A stretch of 38,943 nt of DNA from Verrucomicrobiota bacterium. GTDB taxonomy: Bacteria > Verrucomicrobiota > Verrucomicrobiia > Limisphaerales > DASXHY01. The position numbers and the translations under genes were made by a program. The notes below the pieces were generated by a model. The model had not been told where the DNA came from and searched no databases. It worked only from the letters and a program-made list of their open reading frames with translations. Positions 32,527 through 38,943 of this stretch are shown here, piece after piece. Every line of letters begins with the position of its first letter. Positions within the stretch are counted from its first letter, which is position 1. The stretch spans positions 1 through 38,943 of the forward strand of contig JBQCEJ010000225.1 in the NCBI GenBank assembly GCA_051960355.1, given 5' to 3'.

Positions 32527-33213
32527 TTACACAGAGCCTTGCACTTCAACCCAGCGAACGGCGTAACGCACCAGATCGGTTGCAGTTTTCAGAGCAAGCT
32601 TTTGTTTGATGTTGGCGCGATGGACTTCCACGGTCTTCACACTGAGATGCAGATGCTCGGCGATTTGACGTGTGCCGCGGCCTTCACCGATCATCTGGAA
32701 CACTTCGAATTCACGATCCGAAAGGCGTTCCACTGGCGAACTGCCGGTCTGGTTGCGGCGGCCTGAAAATATTTCCAAAATTTTCGCCGACATTTTTTCG
32801 CTCACATAAATCTGACCGCTCAGCACCTGGCGGATGGCTTGCCTCAACTTCTTGCCGCCTTCTTGTTTCATAACGTAGCCGCGGCCGCCGGCGCGCAGGA
32901 CGCGCTCGGCATACAGCGACTCATCGTGCATCGACACCACTAAAATCAAAATGTCCGGACACAACACGTGAACATCCTTGATCAGTTCGAGACCGTTCTT
33001 GTCGGGCAGTGAAATATCCGCGATGAGAATATCGGGCTGGCTGGATGAAACGAGATTCAACGCCTCGCCTGCCGTGTCGGCCTCCCCGCAAACCGTCAGG
33101 TCCGGCTCATTGTTGATCAATTGCGCAAGTCCCTGGCGCATCATCGGATGATCATCAACCACGAGAATACGCGTTTGAGATTTAGGCTTTTTGCGTTTTG
33201 CGGCCGTTTTCAT
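32527..33213 (-). CDS. NarL/FixJ (LuxR)-family response regulator
   Basis: REC domain (RILVVDDHPMMRQGL...ILIADISLPDKNG) plus LuxR HTH (LSDREFEVFQMIGEGRGTRQIAEHLHLSVKTVEVHRANIKQKL). Confidence 0.9.
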   Translation of the reverse strand: MKTAAKRKKPKSQTRILVVDDHPMMRQGLAQLINNEPDLTVCGEADTAGEALNLVSSSQPDILIADISLPDKNGLELIKDVHVLCPDILILVVSMHDESLYAERVLRAGGRGYVMKQEGGKKLRQAIRQVLSGQIYVSEKMSAKILEIFSGRRNQTGSSPVERLSDREFEVFQMIGEGRGTRQIAEHLHLSVKTVEVHRANIKQKLALKTATDLVRYAVRWVEVQGSV

Positions 33214-34648
33214 TTTTAATCTTTCGGGAGCTCTCAGCTAAAGTCACTGTGCATGTGACACAAACTCCTCCCGCCGGGTGGTTCGCCACGTCCAACGTTC
33301 CCCCGATCATGCCGGCGCGGGATTGCATGACTTGCAGGCCCATCCCTTTTTGACTCGCGCTGGTGGCGGAAAAGCCGCGCCCGTCGTCCGTGATTTTCAG
33401 AACGAGTTTCTCGGCTTCGCGCTTGATGTAGATGGAAATTCGCGTGGCTTTGCCATGCTTCAACGCGTTGGCGACCGCTTCCTGCGCAATCCGGAAAAGA
33501 TGCGTGGCCGCCGCCTGATCCTCGATCAGAACCGGCGCATCGCATTCCAGCAAGCAACTCACCCCGAACATCGATTCCGTGTTCAATGCCAGCTCCTGCA
33601 ATCCCGATCTCAAGCCTTCCGGATCGAGCAAAATGGGCGAAAGTCCCCGCGCCATCAATCGAGTCTGGCTGATGGCTTCGCGAACGTGGCCGGCAATCTC
33701 ACCAATGCGAGCCGCATCGCTTTTGGATATGGCGGCGATTTTCTGTTCGAGCACCTGGCTCATGAACTCAATCCCGGCAAGCTGCTGGCACAATCCGTCG
33801 TGAAGATCCTGCCCAATGCGGCGTTGCACACGATCATTGATTTCAAGAATTTCCTTTTCCAGGCGTTTTCGCTCAGTGACATCACGCAGGATCAGCAGCC
33901 AGTTGGTGATGCGACCGGCCTTGTCTTTCACGGGTCCGATGCGCCATTCAGCCCAGCGTTCTCCCGCCGCACTCTGATAAGGCGAGGAGCGTTCCATGAA
34001 CGCCTCCGACTCGGGGATGCCCTGGCGCAACTGTTCCTGCACGGCGGTTAAACCCATCAATCGACTCAGCGGCTGGCCCAGCATCTGGTCGGCGGAAGAA
34101 CCGAGCAGCTTCGTGAAAGCGGGATTGATATAAACGATCTCGGGATCGGGCAGATCAGGGCTGGCGATTAAAACCGCGCTGAATCCGTGTTCCACCACGC
34201 TTTGAATCAGATTCACCTGCTCTTCGGCTGCTGCCAGGCGACGCTCCGTTTCAATCTGTTCCATCACGTTCGCCACCACTTCAGGAACGAACTGAAGGAA
34301 CTCCACGTCTTTCACGAGATAATCCCGCGCGCCCCGTTTCATCATCTCAACGGCAACTCGCTCATCGCCCTGGCCGGTGATGATGATGAACGGCGGCGCA
34401 CCTTTAACCTGTTTCAACTGATCGATCAGTTCCTTGCCTTGGATATCCTCCAGTTTGAGATCAAGCAGAAGCAGGTCGGCGTGGTTTTTCGACAACCACA
34501 CGATCGCATCCTGCCCCGAAGCGGCTGTGTCAGTCGCAAAGCCAACCCGCTGCAACGCCTTTGCGATGAGTCGTAGCAGACCCAAATCGTCATCAACAAT
34601 CAGGATTTTTCGCGGGGTCTCGCCGCTTTTCATGAGCGCCGAATTCAT
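33182..34648 (-). CDS. hybrid REC-PAS-histidine kinase (HisKA_3/NarX-DegS type)
   Basis: N-terminal REC (KILIVDDDLGLL...LLLLDLKLEDIQG), a PAS-like middle region, the H-box RIGQDLHDGLCQQLAGI, and an HATPase_c C-terminus. Confidence 0.85.
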   Translation of the reverse strand: MNSALMKSGETPRKILIVDDDLGLLRLIAKALQRVGFATDTAASGQDAIVWLSKNHADLLLLDLKLEDIQGKELIDQLKQVKGAPPFIIITGQGDERVAVEMMKRGARDYLVKDVEFLQFVPEVVANVMEQIETERRLAAAEEQVNLIQSVVEHGFSAVLIASPDLPDPEIVYINPAFTKLLGSSADQMLGQPLSRLMGLTAVQEQLRQGIPESEAFMERSSPYQSAAGERWAEWRIGPVKDKAGRITNWLLILRDVTERKRLEKEILEINDRVQRRIGQDLHDGLCQQLAGIEFMSQVLEQKIAAISKSDAARIGEIAGHVREAISQTRLMARGLSPILLDPEGLRSGLQELALNTESMFGVSCLLECDAPVLIEDQAAATHLFRIAQEAVANALKHGKATRISIYIKREAEKLVLKITDDGRGFSATSASQKGMGLQVMQSRAGMIGGTLDVANHPAGGVCVTCTVTLAESSRKIKNENGRKTQKA

Positions 34649-35100
34649 TATGATCGCAACCCGATCTCCGGCACCTGCACGAGCGAAATGTAGAGGCCAA
34701 GATTGTTCATCGCTTCGGCGAATTTGTTGTAATCGACCGGTTTGACGATGTAGCTGCTACAGCCGATTTCGTGGCAACGATCCACTTCGCGGGGATCGTC
34801 GGTGGTGGTCAACATGATCACCGGGATTTTGCGCAGTTCGCTGTCGGCCTTGAGCTGACGCAGAACTTCAACGCCATCTACCTGAGGCATGCGGATGTCG
34901 AGAAGAATGAGATACGGTGCTTCCAATGCACGGTGAGGTCCCGGCCCGCGACGGAACAGAAAATCGAGAATCCTCTGCCCATTTTCAAAGCGCTGGATGC
35001 GGTTCGGCATGCCGGCACGCATCAGGTTTTTTTCGATGAGACGCGCATGTCCGGCGTCATCTTCGGCAATCAAAATGATGATATCAGGCTCCCGACTCAT
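34648..35100 (-). CDS. single-domain (CheY-like) response regulator
   Basis: IILIAEDDAGHARLIEKNL...LILLDIRMPQVDGVEVLRQLK...IPVIMLTT. Its stop overlaps the start of the downstream kinase gene (TAATG). Confidence 0.9.
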   Translation of the reverse strand: MSREPDIIILIAEDDAGHARLIEKNLMRAGMPNRIQRFENGQRILDFLFRRGPGPHRALEAPYLILLDIRMPQVDGVEVLRQLKADSELRKIPVIMLTTTDDPREVDRCHEIGCSSYIVKPVDYNKFAEAMNNLGLYISLVQVPEIGLRS

Positions 35101-35103
35101 GCC

Positions 35104-36753
35104 CTATCTTGCCTGCGGCAAGGCGAGCAAGGAAACAAAAAATACCGCGCCCTGATCCGGCTCGGACTCAACCCAGATCTTGCCATTATGGCGTTCCAGA
35201 ATCCGCTGGGTGATCGTCAGTCCAAGCCCCTCGCCTTCGCTCTCGCGCGGATTCAGCCGGTGAAATATTTCAAAGATCTTGCCCTGATGCTCCGGGGCGA
35301 TGCCAACGCCATTGTCGCGCACACTGTAAATGGCCCGGCCTTTCTCGACACGCCCGCTGATGGTGATTTTTCCCGGGCGCTTTGGGCTGAGATATTTCAG
35401 CGCGTTTTCGAGGAGATTGGTAAAGACCTGATTGATCAGTGTGGCATCACCAAGGCAGTCCGGCAGTTTCTCAATCTGAAGATCGACTCCTGAGCGTTTC
35501 ACCTGGAATTCCATCGCCTGCACAATGGTCGAAAGCATGGCATTCACATCCATGGGTTCGATTTTCAGAGCGGCCCGGCCCAATCGCGAATAGCGCAGGA
35601 ACCCGGCCAGCAGCGTGTCGATCTTGACGACGCCGGCTTGAATGAATTCCAGAGCTTCGGGTATTTCCTCCACCAGCAGGCGTTGAACATCAGCCAGCTC
35701 AGTCGCACCGGTTTCGCCCGTCGCAAGGCGCTGGCGCAAGGTATGGCAGGCATGGGACAGTTCCTGGCTGAACCCCTGAATGTTCACCAGGGGCGAACGC
35801 AGATCGTGCGATGCGATGTAAACAATCGTCTCAAGTTCCTTGTTTTTTTCCGCCAGTGTCTGCGCCAGGAATGCGAGCTTTTCTTCCGCCCGCTTCCGCT
35901 CGGTGATGTCACGCGCCACTTTTGACGCCCCAATGATCGCGCCGTCTGGCGCGCGAATCGGAGAAATCGTCACCGAAATTCCAATGAGCTTGCCGTCTTT
36001 TCGGCGCCGCATGGTTTCATAGTGTTCCACCGATTCACCTCGTGTGATTCGCTGGATGATGGCCGATTCTTCATCAGCATAATCGGGGGGAATCAAAATG
36101 GAAATCGGCTTGCCGATGATTTCTTCGCGGGAATAGCCAAACAAGGTCTCGGCCCCTTTGTTCCAACTGGTGATGAGCCCATCGAGCGTCTTTCCGACCA
36201 CCGCGTCTTCCGTGGATTCAATGATTGCGGCGTAATACGAAAGCGCCTTCTCGGCTTCTTTGCGTTCGGTAATATCGCGAACGAAACCGGTGAACAATCG
36301 ACGTCCCGCGAGGCGCACTTCACTGACCGAAAGATCGAGCGGAAAGATCGATTTGTCCTTGCGTTGGCCGAGCACCTCCCGTCCCTTGCCGATGACTTTC
36401 GCGTGCCCGGTTTGAACGTAGGCGCCCAGATAATCATCGTGAGCTTCGCGATAAGGCGAAGGCATCAGCATGTTGACATTATGGCCAACGACTTCATCGG
36501 CCCGATAACCAAAAATGTTCTCCGCGGCACGATTCATCGACTCCACCAAACCCCGTTCGTCAATGGTGATGATCCCTTCAACCGCCGTTTCAAGGATTGC
36601 CCGCAAACGTTCTTCGCTGTCGAACAGTGCCGTATTGGAAAGCTGCGTCTGGGTATCCGTTACCGCCGAAGTGGATCGAGCCGCACTGCGCGTTTCCAAG
36701 GATTGAAGGCGCGCAATCAACTCGGCTTTGGTCATTCGTGAGTAGTCGGTCAT
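35104..36753 (-). CDS. PAS-PAS sensor histidine kinase (HisKA plus HATPase_c)
   Basis: Two PAS repeats (SEERLRAILETAVEGIITID...; YYAAIIESTEDAVVGKTLDG...), H-box ASHDLRSPLVNIQGF, and C-terminal ATPase motifs (DNGVGI, GLGLTI). Confidence 0.9.
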   Translation of the reverse strand: MTDYSRMTKAELIARLQSLETRSAARSTSAVTDTQTQLSNTALFDSEERLRAILETAVEGIITIDERGLVESMNRAAENIFGYRADEVVGHNVNMLMPSPYREAHDDYLGAYVQTGHAKVIGKGREVLGQRKDKSIFPLDLSVSEVRLAGRRLFTGFVRDITERKEAEKALSYYAAIIESTEDAVVGKTLDGLITSWNKGAETLFGYSREEIIGKPISILIPPDYADEESAIIQRITRGESVEHYETMRRRKDGKLIGISVTISPIRAPDGAIIGASKVARDITERKRAEEKLAFLAQTLAEKNKELETIVYIASHDLRSPLVNIQGFSQELSHACHTLRQRLATGETGATELADVQRLLVEEIPEALEFIQAGVVKIDTLLAGFLRYSRLGRAALKIEPMDVNAMLSTIVQAMEFQVKRSGVDLQIEKLPDCLGDATLINQVFTNLLENALKYLSPKRPGKITISGRVEKGRAIYSVRDNGVGIAPEHQGKIFEIFHRLNPRESEGEGLGLTITQRILERHNGKIWVESEPDQGAVFFVSLLALPQAR

Positions 36754-36878
36754 GAGCGCTTACATTCTGCAAAAAAGCGAAAGTGAATCCAACCGTCAAG
36801 TGGAGGCGCAGGACGGAAAAGACGAGCTGTAGGTGTAACGCGACGCGAAGGACGGCGCGTCAGCGACTGTGATGCTCT

Positions 36879-37073
36879 TCAGCTTTCTTCCGAGGCGATC
36901 AGTCTTACCGTTCCCAAGATGGGGTTGTCCGTGTAGAACGACCGCCAGTTGCCGCTGGAATCTCGATAAGCAAGCGAGCGAAATCCATCGCATTGGACGT
37001 AAACCGGCACTGGCAAAAACGCGGGAGCGTCTTCAACAGCGCGGCGGTCCTGATCTTTCGAACAATCCTTCAT
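36879..37073 (-). CDS. small hypothetical protein (64 aa)
   Basis: ORF only; no domain. It sits in a gap between the kinase and AraC genes, on the same strand. Confidence 0.25.
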   Translation of the reverse strand: MKDCSKDQDRRAVEDAPAFLPVPVYVQCDGFRSLAYRDSSGNWRSFYTDNPILGTVRLIASEES

Positions 37074-37100
37074 TCGGATAAACCGGGCCTAAATCAAACG

Positions 37101-38162
37101 TTAAGAACGGCTGAGCAACTGAGCGCGATACTCAGTCGGTGATTGACCTAGAATCTTTTTAAAAACACGATTGAAATGCGTCAGGGATTGGAAGCCCACT
37201 TCAAAGGCGATCTCGCTGACGCGCAGGTTGGGATTCAGCAGCAGATTTTTTGATTTCTCGATCCGCACGCGCGACAGGTAGTCGGTGAAATTGATTCCGG
37301 TGATCTTTTTGAAGATTTTGCAGAAATAAAACGTGCTCGTGTTTACCGCCCGGGCCACCTGCCCCAGCGACAGTTCTTCGGTCTGATGCTCGTGGATGTA
37401 TTCCTTGGCGCGGGTAATCACGGGCGGCTCGGCGTTTTCGTGTTGCACGACCACCTGATTGCTCAGCATCGAAAGGTGTTGCGCAAAAATGGAAAGCAGC
37501 TTCACCACGGATTCATGCTGCCGGCTGGAAACGACTTTCGTTGAGAAATAACTTTTCCGCAGCGTTTCAATGTCCACCCGCAGCCCCCATTCCGAAATCA
37601 ACTTTACCGTGCGCTCAAACTGCGCTTCCGTTGGTTTCTTTCGGAACAACTGTCCGGTCTGGAGGAAGCCGATCAGCTTGTCGCCCAACCGCACCGGCAC
37701 GGCGGTATCGCAGAGACCGGCCTGGCAGACGACCGTCTGCGGCTCCTGAGTGGCTCGTTCGGAAAGCACCTCCTGCACTTGCAAACAAGCGCCGCAGGCG
37801 CGGCTGCTCTGGGACAAGAACTGGCAGAAGGCGTTCTGATATTTTTTCCCATGGTGCGGCAACTGCCAGGATTCGACCGGCCGCAACGTCACCGGGAGCC
37901 CGGTGGCCTCGCTGAAGGCACGTTCGTAGTCCTGGTAAATCTTGGAGTTGGCCAGCGCTTCAATCAAGGCGCGGTTGCCGTTCCCATTGCCATTTCCATT
38001 TCCAGGAGCGGCATACGGGCTTTTGGCTTTGAAAACTGCCTCGCGACGCAGGCCATTTTCATGAGCGGTGAGGGCCACGGAAGTGGCAGGGACGGCCGCC
38101 TTCCGGAATTCAACAGGTGCCACCGCGGTTGCGACCTCTCGCCTACCAATTGTTGTTTGCAT
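37101..38162 (-). CDS. AraC-family transcriptional regulator with a PocR-type sensor domain
   Basis: PocR-like region (FCQFLSQSSRACGACLQV...VCQAGLCDTAVPVRLGDKLIGFLQTGQ). C-terminal AraC HTH (LSLGQVARAVNTSTFYFCKIFKK...VSEIAFEVGFQSLTHFNRVFKKILGQSPTEYR). Confidence 0.85.
   Translation of the reverse strand: MQTTIGRREVATAVAPVEFRKAAVPATSVALTAHENGLRREAVFKAKSPYAAPGNGNGNGNGNRALIEALANSKIYQDYERAFSEATGLPVTLRPVESWQLPHHGKKYQNAFCQFLSQSSRACGACLQVQEVLSERATQEPQTVVCQAGLCDTAVPVRLGDKLIGFLQTGQLFRKKPTEAQFERTVKLISEWGLRVDIETLRKSYFSTKVVSSRQHESVVKLLSIFAQHLSMLSNQVVVQHENAEPPVITRAKEYIHEHQTEELSLGQVARAVNTSTFYFCKIFKKITGINFTDYLSRVRIEKSKNLLLNPNLRVSEIAFEVGFQSLTHFNRVFKKILGQSPTEYRAQLLSRS
37975..38004 (-). repeat. imperfect hexanucleotide repeat encoding (Gly-Asn)5 inside the AraC/PocR gene
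   Basis: The minus strand reads gga aat gga aat ggc aat ggg aac ggc aac, encoding GNGNGNGNGN. Confidence 0.8.
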
Positions 38163-38366
38163 GGCAGCAAATTAGGAGGACAGAAAAAAAACTACAATTG
38201 GGGAACGGCCTGACTGGAACCTGCCGCCATTCACTACCAAGCCTAGGGGTTTCCCTTATGCCTCTTAAAGCAGTCTCGTTGCGCGCCGAGTTACGTGTGA
38301 AGGCAAACCTGCCAACCTGGAATTGCGCCGGAGCGGCGCAACTGTTGCGAAGCTTTTCAACCTCGA

Positions 38367-38723
38367 TCAGGTTCTGCGCCAGTGTTTGCACAATCGATTT
38401 ACGCGCAAAAAGAAAAGCCCAAAGAAAACTGCGCCACACGTATTCACACCGCAGGTGTAGCCCAGCTTGTATGGCACGCCAGTGTTGTTCTGGTTGTAAA
38501 TCGAAACGTCGTGCCCAACCACGAGGTTCGGCAAAGCGCAGGGCATCATTGCTCCTTGCAACATGCCGCGACCGAATCCGGCCGGAGCCGAACTTCGCTC
38601 CAACGCCGCCGATAAGTGACGAATGCCGTAGCCAAGCACGAACGCGACGACAACAATCGTCAGCACCCGCGAAAGGACTTTTCGCCAGGTTGGAGTCGTG
38701 GTTTTAGTTTGTGCAGCGATCAT
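38367..38723 (-). CDS. hypothetical membrane protein
   Basis: Taking ATG 38723 gives MIAAQTKTTTPTWRKVLSRVLTIVVVAFVLGYGI..., with an N-terminal TM helix and a C-terminal hydrophobic segment. No domain recognised. The longer ORF-track start (38891) is less convincing. Confidence 0.35.
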   Translation of the reverse strand: MIAAQTKTTTPTWRKVLSRVLTIVVVAFVLGYGIRHLSAALERSSAPAGFGRGMLQGAMMPCALPNLVVGHDVSIYNQNNTGVPYKLGYTCGVNTCGAVFFGLFFLRVNRLCKHWRRT

Positions 38724-38943
38724 TTTTCGTAGGCGAAGAGCATGTTTTTTTGGCGTCGCGCAAGGCAAGCAGAATCCTTGATCGGAGCGCGTAGGGTTCG
38801 GCAAAAACAGATCCAGTTGAATTCGGCAAACATCTCTAAACCTTACGTGAATTTGCGCCACCAGCGGAACCATCGCACCGTGTCCTGCCACGGATGAATC
38901 TTGCTCTGTTCTGTTTTGTAAATGACTGCGATCGGAACGAATT

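Overview
Bacterial chromosomal window with moderate to high GC. Gene content loosely suggests a Verrucomicrobia- or Planctomycetes-like soil or freshwater organism, but that is only a guess.

Main result (nt 1-9406): a co-directional, translationally coupled seven-gene defence operon that ends 70 nt from the 3' end of a tRNA-Lys(CTT) gene. It contains a complete Type III restriction-modification pair: a beta-class Mod methyltransferase and a Res helicase-nuclease. The pair is split by a protein-kinase-fold gene. Upstream of it sit the tail of an SF2/SNF2-like helicase (cut by the window edge), a 58-aa ORF, a Rad50/RloC-like ATPase and an orphan protein with an acidic tail. The ATPase carries a CxxC zinc-hook candidate and a C-terminal Rx5H (HEPN-like) motif. 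This domain inventory resembles the recently described MADS system and does not fit DISARM or BREX. I consider it the most interesting locus in the window.

The rest looks like core genome:
- a GH95 fucosidase;
- a denitrification operon (cytochrome c-fused nirK, nirV, sco, DUF2249, crp/fnr);
- a perfect TTGAC-N4-GTCAA box in the divergent promoter region between nirK and the next operon;
- an unusual ATGA-chained five-gene operon: NarI-like cytochrome b, NasC/NarB-like molybdoenzyme, 4x[4Fe-4S] protein, Tat-motif Rieske protein and NarK. The molybdoenzyme carries an apparent 1-nt frameshift;
- a PAP2 phosphatase, a DPE2-like 4-alpha-glucanotransferase, HU, DAHP synthase and a TrxR-like flavoprotein;
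- a stress-type cluster (PRC-barrel, BON, plus entericidin and DUF3309 genes that fall below the ORF-track length cutoff);
- a four-gene phosphorelay and a PocR-AraC regulator.

I saw no CRISPR array, integrase or transposase.
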